Source of the DNA: an uncultured Bacilli bacterium
Lineage (GTDB): Bacteria > Bacillota_I > Bacilli_A > RFN20 > CAG-631
Direction: 5' to 3'
Length of the DNA: 64,000 bases
Assembly (NCBI GenBank): GCA_947627355.1
Contig: CANQVX010000007.1
Location: 14,952-78,951, forward strand
Shown: in pieces, positions 21,678 through 30,253 of the stretch
Numbering within the stretch: position 1 is the stretch's first letter
Layout: every line of letters starts with the position of its first letter
Position numbers and translations under genes: made by a program
Notes under the pieces: model-generated
The model's input: only the letters and a program-made list of their open reading frames with translations
What the model was told of the DNA's origin: nothing
Databases searched by the model: none

Positions 21678-23278
21678 AAAAGTTTTCTTTTAGCTTTAAG
21701 ATATAATTTAAACTCAACTTTCTTATCATTATCACGAAAGGCTTTAGATATCAATTCACGTTTCTTTTTATTACTAGATAAAGCAATTTTTGTTGGAGTA
21801 TAAGCCATATTTAAATAATCAAGAGTTAGATAATGATTATCAAGTCGTTTTAAAAAGTCTTTTAAATTAATGTTTTTTTGTTTAGTCCAAGCCTTTTCAG
21901 CAAGTGCTTCTAATCTAGGTAAAATCAAGGTTTCAAGGAGTTCATTACTATCAATCCATTCAGTCCAAATACAACCTTCAACACCTAATATATTACTAAG
22001 TCCAGTTCTAGTAAGACCTTCAAAACTTATCTTTTTAGTATAAGTTGTTTTTAATGGTAGTTCAGCATATGGATCATTGAAATAGAATTGTGAACAAGGT
22101 GAATAAATAGTAGTTCTACCATTATTCATATATTCGATTTTATCTTTTTCGAGTTGCCATGTCCAATATTGCATAATTACATTTTTGTCGCTAGAATCAT
22201 ATACTCCATCATGCCAACAAATAACTTTTTTATTTAATGATTGAACATAACTTACCATTTCTTTCATGAAATATTGTTGTAGTTGTTTAGCATCATCTAG
22301 ATGTAGTTTTTGTATTTTTTTATTGCAATCAGGGCATTGTTTCCAATTAGCTGTATCTACTTCATCACCACCGATATGGATATATTTACTATCTTTAAAT
22401 AAATCACATAAGGCCTTAAGTAGTTTCTTTAAAAATTCATAAGTTGAATCTTTAGATGGACATACTATTTCGCTAAACACACCAAATTTAGTTTCAACAT
22501 CGATTTGTTTATGTAAACAATGTAGTTCATTATAAGCTGCTACTAGTGCTGTAGTGTGTCCTGGCATATCAATTTCAGGAATGATTTCAATATATCTATC
22601 TTTAGCATATTGAATAATTTCTTTGATATCTTCTATTTCATAACAATATGAATATTCATGTTCATCATAATCATCATTAGTTAAAGAATTAATTTTAGTT
22701 CTTTTTCTAGTACTAGCCACTGATTTAAGTTTATCAAATTCTTTGAAATTGATTCTAAAGCCTTGGTCATCACTTAAATGCCAATGAAAATAATTGAATT
22801 TCAAATCAGCCATTAAATCAATGATTCTTTTGATTTCATCTTTACCAAAGAAGTGACGAACTTCATCAACCATAAAACTTCTAAATAAGAATCTAGGTGA
22901 GTCATTTATAGTTAAACAATTTAATGTTAAATTGTCGATTTTACCGGCAGTTTTAAGGCTTAATAATTGAATTAAAGTTCTAGTAGCATAATAAAAACCT
23001 TCTTTAGTTTTAGCATATATTGTTGTATTACTAGTAGTTACTTCAATCTTATATTGTTGCCTTTTTAATTTGCTATCTTTGATGAATTTAAATAGATAAA
23101 ATTTGCTGTTTTCATTAACATTTAATTTTTGTTTCAATTCATTTTCAAATTGAATGATTGCTTCTTTAAATTTTGGTTCATAATCTAATCTAAAATTATC
23201 AAAACTTACTTGTTTTTCATCTAACTTATAATCGTTTACCATTGGTATAACAGATAACATAATAATCCCTACTTTCAT
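21668..23278 (-). CDS. beta-N-acetylhexosaminidase (GH20)
   Basis: HIGGDEV catalytic motif; 536 aa; a Met 6 codons in (23260) has better RBS AGGGA. Confidence 0.8.
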   Translation of the reverse strand: MKVGIIMLSVIPMVNDYKLDEKQVSFDNFRLDYEPKFKEAIIQFENELKQKLNVNENSKFYLFKFIKDSKLKRQQYKIEVTTSNTTIYAKTKEGFYYATRTLIQLLSLKTAGKIDNLTLNCLTINDSPRFLFRSFMVDEVRHFFGKDEIKRIIDLMADLKFNYFHWHLSDDQGFRINFKEFDKLKSVASTRKRTKINSLTNDDYDEHEYSYCYEIEDIKEIIQYAKDRYIEIIPEIDMPGHTTALVAAYNELHCLHKQIDVETKFGVFSEIVCPSKDSTYEFLKKLLKALCDLFKDSKYIHIGGDEVDTANWKQCPDCNKKIQKLHLDDAKQLQQYFMKEMVSYVQSLNKKVICWHDGVYDSSDKNVIMQYWTWQLEKDKIEYMNNGRTTIYSPCSQFYFNDPYAELPLKTTYTKKISFEGLTRTGLSNILGVEGCIWTEWIDSNELLETLILPRLEALAEKAWTKQKNINLKDFLKRLDNHYLTLDYLNMAYTPTKIALSSNKKKRELISKAFRDNDKKVEFKLYLKAKRKLLKK

Positions 23279-23361
23279 TACAATAATAGTAAAAAAACAC
23301 TTAAAAGTAAATAAAAATCATAGGTTGCAGTTTAGTTTTATTTTGTTTAAAATATGGCTAA

Positions 23362-24171
23362 GTGGTGATTAAATTGAATAAACTTGGCCTTTATGCTTGG
23401 TTTGGTGGTAATGTTAGTATTGATAGTAGATTCAAAGCTATTAAAGAAGTTGGATTTGACTGTGTTAGTCTTTATTGGGGTGATGATTATTTAAGTCTAA
23501 CTGGCAATAAATATGAAACAATCAAATTAGTTAAAGAAAAATATGGCCTTGAAGTAGAAAACTTACACACTCCATATACCAATGCTTATGATTTGTTTTC
23601 AATTGATGAAGATAAAGCAAATGCTATTATTAATTTATATCTATCTTGTATTGATGATGCTTCTAAATATGATGTACCTGTCATTGTTATTCATTTAACA
23701 AATGATAATTGTAACCCTAATAACATTAATTTAGATGGTATTAAAAGAATTAAAACATTAGTTGACTATGCTAAAGTTAAAAATGTTAAATTAGCTTTTG
23801 AAAATTTAACTTATAATGGGCTTGCTTATTTAGATTTAGTTTTAACTACTTATCAGGATGATTGTGTTGGCTTTTGTTATGATTTAGGCCATGACCATGT
23901 ATTTTCTAAAAATGAATTTGAAATATTAAAGAAATATCAAAATAGATTATTTGCTATGCATTTACATGGAAATGATGGTAAATGGGATTATCATCAAAGA
24001 ATATTTGATGGGAATATTGACCTAGTTAAATTTAAAGAAGTATTACAAGAAATAAAGCCTAAATGTCCATTATCATTAGAAGTAATTCAAAAATTAAATT
24101 TTAATTCCTATGCTGAATTCAAAGAATATGTTAAACTATTAAAAGAAGATTTACTTAGTCTAGTAAAATAA
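23362..24171 (+). CDS. TIM-barrel sugar phosphate isomerase/epimerase (xylose isomerase-like) family protein
   Basis: 269 aa, alternating beta/alpha pattern with His/Glu/Asp metal ligands (HLHGNDG); start uncertain (GTG/TTG). Confidence 0.4.
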   Translation: MVIKLNKLGLYAWFGGNVSIDSRFKAIKEVGFDCVSLYWGDDYLSLTGNKYETIKLVKEKYGLEVENLHTPYTNAYDLFSIDEDKANAIINLYLSCIDDASKYDVPVIVIHLTNDNCNPNNINLDGIKRIKTLVDYAKVKNVKLAFENLTYNGLAYLDLVLTTYQDDCVGFCYDLGHDHVFSKNEFEILKKYQNRLFAMHLHGNDGKWDYHQRIFDGNIDLVKFKEVLQEIKPKCPLSLEVIQKLNFNSYAEFKEYVKLLKEDLLSLVK

Positions 24172-24182
24172 TAAGAAATAAG

Positions 24183-24692
24183 GTGAAATCAATGAAAAAT
24201 AAAAAACTTACTTTAAATACAATCTTATATGGAGTTGTATCGTTAATCTTAATTGTTTTATATTTAGTACTACCTTTATTTAAAGTAGATACTATTCATG
24301 ATTTTAATGTTAATGGTTTTAAATTGTTAACTGGCACATATGAAAAGCAACAAATTGGTGGTCCTAGAGTTGTCTTAGGCACTTCATCATTTAATTTCAT
24401 TCCAATTTTATTTCCGGTAGCAATCTTTTTCTTTTATTTAATTTTAAGTTCAGATCCTGTCAAAAAACTTAGTTCATTGATTGCTGGTATTGTTAGTTTT
24501 GCTTATGTTGTATTTGTTCCTGTTATTGCTTTTAGTTTACGTAATTTGAATTATGATTCTAGGATGGATATAACTAAATCCTGGGGTTGGTATGTATTAA
24601 TATTTATTTATCTTGCTTTTGTTATTTATATGTTAGTTGATTTAATCTTAACAATTAGAAACGAAAAAAAGAAATTATCCGAAGAAGAATAA
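24183..24692 (+). CDS. hypothetical multi-TM membrane protein
   Basis: 169 aa, 4-5 predicted TM helices. Confidence 0.45.
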   Translation: MKSMKNKKLTLNTILYGVVSLILIVLYLVLPLFKVDTIHDFNVNGFKLLTGTYEKQQIGGPRVVLGTSSFNFIPILFPVAIFFFYLILSSDPVKKLSSLIAGIVSFAYVVFVPVIAFSLRNLNYDSRMDITKSWGWYVLIFIYLAFVIYMLVDLILTIRNEKKKLSEEE

Positions 24693-24703
24693 TTTCTTTT
24701 TTT
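24670..24703. terminator. bidirectional terminator
   Basis: AGAAATTAT-10 nt loop-ATAATTTCT then T6; between a plus-strand gene and cspA (minus). Confidence 0.6.
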
Positions 24704-24708
24704 ATCAT

Positions 24709-24912
24709 CTAGTTATCAACTTTAACAACATTATGTGCTTGTAAACCACGATCTGTTTCACAAAGATCAAATTCTACATCTTCTCCTTCATCTAAGGTCT
24801 TATAACCATCGTAAAGGATTTGTGAATAATGTACAAAGATATCTGGACCTTCACCACGATTGATAAAGCCAAATCCTTTGTTTGCATTAAACCATTTTAC
24901 TTTGCCCTTCAT
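24709..24912 (-). CDS. cspA: cold-shock protein
   Basis: [20 protein letters not shown]-1/RNP-2 motifs, 67 aa. Confidence 0.9.
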   Translation of the reverse strand: MKGKVKWFNANKGFGFINRGEGPDIFVHYSQILYDGYKTLDEGEDVEFDLCETDRGLQAHNVVKVDN

Positions 24913-24984
24913 TGTTACACCTCACTTATTACTTACAGGATTATAATAAAATAAATAATAGGCAAATTAAAGAAAAACAAGTCG

Positions 24985-25641
24985 TCAAATTTCGACATTT
25001 TTCTTCCTTGTCTTTGCTATACAAATTATCTTTAAATCCTTGAAATGACCGACATTTTTTACAATTAAATTAATACATGCTTTAATAGTGTTTCCCGAGG
25101 TATAGATATCATCTAGTAAAAGTATCTTCTTATTTTCTAATATTTGATAATCATGGATATCGATATAATCTTTTATATGGACTCTGTCTTTGTAACTGAC
25201 ATCTGATTGTTTATAATGTTCCTTTTTTATAAAAATATCATAGACATTGTTATTTATATGTTTTGCTATTTCTTTAACATGAATAAAACCCCTTTCTTTA
25301 TTATCTTTATCACTTGATGGAGGATAGACAATATAATAGTCTTTATATTCTTTTTTTATTTTTTCAAGAAAATAAGCTAGAAATACTGGTGCTAGTTCAA
25401 TATCATAACAGCCCTTATATTGATAAACTAATTTTTTTATAAAATCATTGTAATAATATAAATACCAAATCGAATAGTTATTAATGGTATCCTGAATATT
25501 TGCTATTTCAAATTGATTAAAACATGTATTACAAATTGGTATATCATTTAAATTTATCGACTGAAACGAAAAATCATGAAATAAATCATTGAAACATATT
25601 AAACAATGACATTGTTTTTTGATTTTAATTTTAAAACGCAT
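24985..25641 (-). CDS. comFC: ComF operon protein C-like phosphoribosyltransferase
   Basis: N-terminal Zn finger CxxC...CxxC and PRTase motif LLLDDIYTSGNT; overlaps comFA. Confidence 0.75.
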   Translation of the reverse strand: MRFKIKIKKQCHCLICFNDLFHDFSFQSINLNDIPICNTCFNQFEIANIQDTINNYSIWYLYYYNDFIKKLVYQYKGCYDIELAPVFLAYFLEKIKKEYKDYYIVYPPSSDKDNKERGFIHVKEIAKHINNNVYDIFIKKEHYKQSDVSYKDRVHIKDYIDIHDYQILENKKILLLDDIYTSGNTIKACINLIVKNVGHFKDLKIICIAKTRKKNVEI

Positions 25642-26711
25642 TCATTTATTGCCTTTGTCTTTTTACTACATAAAAAGATGATATCACCATTTGGATGAGC
25701 CTTTTTCCTGCCAACTCTACCACTTATTTGAATTAAAGTCTTTAAATCAAATAATTCATGTTCAGCGTTATAGACTATTACTTGTACATTATCAATGGTG
25801 ATACCTCTTTCAAGAATTGTTGTAGTTATTAAGACTTTTATTTCATTTTTCTTGAATCTATCGATAATTTTTTCTTTATTTATTGAATTAGAATAAACAA
25901 ATTGAATGTTAATTTTGCTAGCTAATGCTTTTCCTATCTTAACAGTTGGCACAAATATTAATACTTGTTTTTTGGTTTTAAGAAATTCATTTATTTTGTC
26001 TTTTAATATTTTGATTTTATTAAAAAAATAAACTTTTTGAATTCTAGGAATAGGCAAATCATAGTTATGAAACCTTCTATTTACTTCAACATGATTAGGT
26101 ATTTCTTTTAAAAACTTCTCATTAAATGTAGCTGATAAATAAATAATAACATTCTTACATGACCTTTTTAAAAACCAATCATTGTAATAAGGAAAAGCAT
26201 CGGCTTCATCAAGAATTAATAAATCAAAATAATTTTTATATCGATATAGTTGATAAGTTGTTAAAACTATGATTTGACCGGTTAATTTGCTGGTGTGTCC
26301 ACCATATAAAGAGACAACTTCAACATCTGGATAATCTTTTTTTAATCGATTATAGATTTCAATTACAACATCTTTTCTAGGAATTGTAAATCCTATGACC
26401 TTTCCTTGATTTAAAAAATATTCGATTGATTGATAGACAAGTTCAGTTTTACCTGCCCCACAGACAGCATTAACTAAGACTGATTGATTCTTTTTTACAA
26501 ATCCTAATATTTCATTTGATGCTTTATGTTGGGTATCTGTTAAGTCATAATGAATATTTGCTTTAACTTCTTTGCAAACTTCATAATCTAATTTTTCAAC
26601 AGCATTAGTTTTTAATTGTATGCATTTTCTACAATAAGGAATGTTATTTTTATAACCTATGTATCTTTTATCTTTATTGTTACATACTTTGCATTCAAAC
26701 ATCAAAAACAC
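25599..26711 (-). CDS. comFA: competence helicase ComFA (DEAD-box SF2)
   Basis: N-terminal Cys4 finger, Walker A AVCGAGKTE, DEAD motif LILDEADAF. Confidence 0.8.
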   Translation of the reverse strand: MFLMFECKVCNNKDKRYIGYKNNIPYCRKCIQLKTNAVEKLDYEVCKEVKANIHYDLTDTQHKASNEILGFVKKNQSVLVNAVCGAGKTELVYQSIEYFLNQGKVIGFTIPRKDVVIEIYNRLKKDYPDVEVVSLYGGHTSKLTGQIIVLTTYQLYRYKNYFDLLILDEADAFPYYNDWFLKRSCKNVIIYLSATFNEKFLKEIPNHVEVNRRFHNYDLPIPRIQKVYFFNKIKILKDKINEFLKTKKQVLIFVPTVKIGKALASKINIQFVYSNSINKEKIIDRFKKNEIKVLITTTILERGITIDNVQVIVYNAEHELFDLKTLIQISGRVGRKKAHPNGDIIFLCSKKTKAINECVLKLKSKNNVIV

Positions 26712-26803
26712 CTCCTACTATTATAAATAGTAGAAAAATCTTAAAATGACTTTTTTTAAATGAAAAAAAATGCTAAGATAGTAGCGGTTAAGGAGTGGCT
26801 GAT

Positions 26804-27100
26804 ATGGAAAAAATTAGTATAGAAAAATTAAAAGAATTAGCCTTGAATCTTAAATTTGATATGGATGAAAAACAATATCAAACTTTACAAGATGAATTCG
26901 ATATCATGTTAAGACAAATGGAAGCCATTAATAAAACAGTAGATACAACTAATGTTGAACCAATGTCTTTTCCATTTGATGTTTGTTTTTCTTATTTAAG
27001 AGATGACGAAATCGTTGAAGAAAGTCCTCGTGATGAAATCTTAAGAAATGCTAATAAGGTTGTTGAAGGACAAATTCAAATTCATAAGGTGGTGGAATAA
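26804..27100 (+). CDS. gatC: Asp/Glu-tRNA amidotransferase subunit C
   Basis: about 98 aa, precedes gatA with 1-nt gap; RBS AAGGAGTGG. Confidence 0.85.
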   Translation: MEKISIEKLKELALNLKFDMDEKQYQTLQDEFDIMLRQMEAINKTVDTTNVEPMSFPFDVCFSYLRDDEIVEESPRDEILRNANKVVEGQIQIHKVVE

Positions 27101-28546
27101 ATGGATTATTTAAATCAAAGTTTAGAAACTATTCACCAAGCCTTAAAAGATAAAAAAGTAACAGTTACAGAACTTGTAAAAGAAGCTATTAACAAAGCAA
27201 AGAAACTACAAGAAACTTGTAATGCTTTTGTAACAATTGATGAAGACAATGCTTTAAATCAAGCAAAAGAACTAGATAATAAAGAAGTAACTGATAATTT
27301 ATTATTTGGTATTCCAATGGCTATTAAAGATAACTATTCAACCAAAGATGTTTTAAGCACGGGTTCTAGTAATATTTTAAATAACTATGTACCTATTTTT
27401 GAATCACAAGCAACTAGTTTATTAAAAGATGCTAACGCCATATCAATTGGTAAAACTGTCTTAGATGAACTTGCTATGGGGGGAAGTGGGCTTACAGGAC
27501 ACACAGGTGTTGTTAAAAACCCATTAGATACTAATCGTTTAATTGGTGGTTCATCAGCTGGTAGTTGTGCTGCAGTTGTTGCTGGTGTTATTCCTTTTGC
27601 CTTAGGTAGTGATACTGGTGATTCAGTAAGAAAACCAGCATCTCTTGGTGGTATTGTTGGCTTTAAACCTACTTGGGGTAGAATTTCTCGTTATGGTCTA
27701 TATCCATTTGCTCCATCATTAGATACAGTTGCTTTCTTTACAAGAAATGTTAAAGATAGTGCTTATATTTTTGATGTTTTAAATGGTTATGATAACAAAG
27801 ATATGACCTGTTTTAACCTAGAAAAAGAAATTGTTTATGATTCTATTAATGGAACCATAAAAGGTAAAAAAATAGCGGTTTTAAAAGAAATATATGAAAC
27901 AATTTCTAATCCTGAAATAAAAAAAGAATTTGATGAATTCTTTGAAAATGTTAAAAAGCAAGGTGTTCAAGTTGATTTAATATCAATTGATAAAAAATTA
28001 TATGACACAATTTATTCAACATATATGATTTTATCTTGTTCTGAAGCAACCTCAAATAATGCTAACCTAGATGGCATTAATTTTGGAAATTATGTTGAAG
28101 CTAATGGTGTTGATGCTTCAGTTATTGCAACTCGTAGTAAAGGATTTAGTGAATTAATCAAGAGACGTTTTGTAATTGGTAGTTATATTTTAAGTAAAGA
28201 AAATCAAGAAAAACTATTCATTAAAGCTAAAAAACTTCGCCGTTTAATTGTTGAAGATGTTAATCGCATCTTAGATAGTTATGATGCTATTGTTTTACCA
28301 GCTTCTGGTAATGTTGCTCCATTATTTAAACAAGGTAATGATGTTGATCGTTTATCAGATGAATATTTATTACTTGAAAATCATATGGCTATTGGTAATT
28401 TTGGTGGTTTTCCTAGCATTACCATTCCTTGTATCAAATATCAAGGATTACCAATCGGTATAAATATTACAGGCAAGGCATTTAAAGATAAAGACGTTTT
28501 AAATCTTGCTTATGGCCTTGAATCAATGATTGGAGGTAAGAAATAA
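27101..28546 (+). CDS. gatA: Asp/Glu-tRNA amidotransferase subunit A
   Basis: amidase signature GGSSAGS. Confidence 0.95.
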   Translation: MDYLNQSLETIHQALKDKKVTVTELVKEAINKAKKLQETCNAFVTIDEDNALNQAKELDNKEVTDNLLFGIPMAIKDNYSTKDVLSTGSSNILNNYVPIFESQATSLLKDANAISIGKTVLDELAMGGSGLTGHTGVVKNPLDTNRLIGGSSAGSCAAVVAGVIPFALGSDTGDSVRKPASLGGIVGFKPTWGRISRYGLYPFAPSLDTVAFFTRNVKDSAYIFDVLNGYDNKDMTCFNLEKEIVYDSINGTIKGKKIAVLKEIYETISNPEIKKEFDEFFENVKKQGVQVDLISIDKKLYDTIYSTYMILSCSEATSNNANLDGINFGNYVEANGVDASVIATRSKGFSELIKRRFVIGSYILSKENQEKLFIKAKKLRRLIVEDVNRILDSYDAIVLPASGNVAPLFKQGNDVDRLSDEYLLLENHMAIGNFGGFPSITIPCIKYQGLPIGINITGKAFKDKDVLNLAYGLESMIGGKK

Positions 28547-28547
28547 T

Positions 28548-29981
28548 ATGAACTTTGAAACTATTATTGGAATTGAAATTCACCTTCAATTAAAAACTAA
28601 AACAAAGATGTTTTCACCAGCTTTAAATACTTCAAAAGCAGCTCCAAACACTCATGTTCATCCAATTGACATGGGCTTTCCAGGAACACTTCCTAGAGTA
28701 AATAAAAAGGCTGTAGAACTTGCTTTAATTGCTTGTAAAGCATTACATTGCAGTATTGATGATTGTTTACATTTTGATCGTAAAAATTATTTCTATGCTG
28801 ATTTACCAAAGGGTTATCAAATAACTCAAGATAAAAGACCAATTGGTAGAAATGGTTATGTAACCATTGAAGTAGATAGCAAAGAAAAAAACATTGAAAT
28901 CGAAAGAATTCATATGGAAGAAGATACTGCAAAACAACTTCATTACACCACTTTTACATTACTAGATTACAATCGCTGTGGTATTCCTTTAATTGAAATC
29001 GTTACTAAACCTAATATTCGTAGTGGTAAAGAAGCTGCTGCTTATGTTGAACAACTAAGAAATATCTTATTATATCTTGATGTTTCTGATTGTAAGATGG
29101 AAGAAGGTTCTCTTCGTTGTGATGTAAATGTTTCAATTAGACCTTATGGTCAAGTTGAATTTGGAACTAAAGTTGAAATCAAAAACCTAAACTCTATTAG
29201 TAATGTTGAAAAAGCTATTGATTATGAAGTTAAAAGACAAAAAGCATTACTACTTAGAGGCGAAGCCGTTGAAATGGAAACACGCCGTTTTGATGAAGCA
29301 AGTAAAACCACCGTTTTAATGCGTAAAAAGACTAGTGCAGTTGATTATAAATACTTCACTGAAGATAATATCATGCCTATTCAACTTGATAAAAACTGGG
29401 TAAATCAAGTTATCTCTAATTTACCTGAACTTCCTCATGAAAAAGAAACTCGTTATCAAAAAGAATATGGCCTTTCAAGTTATGATGCTAAAGTGCTAAC
29501 ATCAAATAAACCAATGATGCAATATTTTGAAAAACTAGTTACTTATTATAATAACTATAAGATTATGACTAACTGGTTAATTGTTGAAGTATTAGGTTAT
29601 CTAAATAAAAATAATCAAACTTTTGAAAACATGAAAATGGAACCAAAAGAATTAGCAATAATGGTTAAATATATTGATGAAGGTAAAATATCATCAAAAC
29701 AAGCAAAAGATGTCTTTGAACATTTAATGAGTTCATCAAAAACTGTCGATGAAATCATAAAAGAATTAAATATTGTCCAAATCAGTGATGACACAACATT
29801 GCTTGCAATTATTAATGAAGTTTTAACTGAATTTAGTTCATCTATTGATGATTATTTTGCCGGTAAAGACAGAGCTTTTGGCTTCATGATTGGTCAAATT
29901 ATGAAAAAAACAAAAGGTCAAGCTAATCCAGCAAAAGTTAATCAATTACTAAAACAAGAATTAGAAAAATTAAAGAAATAA
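28548..29981 (+). CDS. gatB: Asp/Glu-tRNA amidotransferase subunit B
   Basis: MNFETIIGIEIH N-terminus, RBS GGAGGTAAG; ORF track start 28530 is upstream in-frame. Confidence 0.95.
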   Translation: MNFETIIGIEIHLQLKTKTKMFSPALNTSKAAPNTHVHPIDMGFPGTLPRVNKKAVELALIACKALHCSIDDCLHFDRKNYFYADLPKGYQITQDKRPIGRNGYVTIEVDSKEKNIEIERIHMEEDTAKQLHYTTFTLLDYNRCGIPLIEIVTKPNIRSGKEAAAYVEQLRNILLYLDVSDCKMEEGSLRCDVNVSIRPYGQVEFGTKVEIKNLNSISNVEKAIDYEVKRQKALLLRGEAVEMETRRFDEASKTTVLMRKKTSAVDYKYFTEDNIMPIQLDKNWVNQVISNLPELPHEKETRYQKEYGLSSYDAKVLTSNKPMMQYFEKLVTYYNNYKIMTNWLIVEVLGYLNKNNQTFENMKMEPKELAIMVKYIDEGKISSKQAKDVFEHLMSSSKTVDEIIKELNIVQISDDTTLLAIINEVLTEFSSSIDDYFAGKDRAFGFMIGQIMKKTKGQANPAKVNQLLKQELEKLKK

Positions 29982-30030
29982 TTTCACATAAGATTTAATT
30001 AAATATCCAAACTATCATTGAGGTGATAAT

Positions 30031-30219
30031 TTGGATAACCAATCATACAATGAAAAAACTAAAAAAGCATTAAATGAAATTGCCAAAGAAAATGAAATCT
30101 TTGATGAAATTCAAATTGGTCCACAAGAAGAACCAATTGTCCATGAATTTAAGGTTGATATTCCTAAATATCGACGTTACATTCGTAAAAAAAGTCAAAT
30201 GAATAGATTAAAAAAATGA
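30031..30219 (+). CDS. hypothetical small protein
   Basis: 62 aa, TTG start with GAGGTGA RBS. Confidence 0.3.
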   Translation: MDNQSYNEKTKKALNEIAKENEIFDEIQIGPQEEPIVHEFKVDIPKYRRYIRKKSQMNRLKK

Positions 30220-30241
30220 GGCCCGATTGAGCCTCATTTTG
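30211..30241. terminator. bidirectional terminator
   Basis: ATGAGGC-8 nt-GCCTCAT with A6 upstream and T4 downstream, between convergent genes. Confidence 0.65.
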
Positions 30242-30253
30242 ATTTAAGTTAGT

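Noticed and set aside
24991-24998. Perfect Spo0A-box-like heptamer TGTCGAA (minus strand) upstream of cspA, and the idea that the TTGTCGG/TCGACAA motif family are Spo0A boxes
   Set aside because: Most family members read TGTCGGT or TGTCGAT, matching only 5 of 7 positions of the 0A box. A single perfect heptamer in AT-rich DNA is expected by chance. Kept only as a weak hypothesis within the motif finding.
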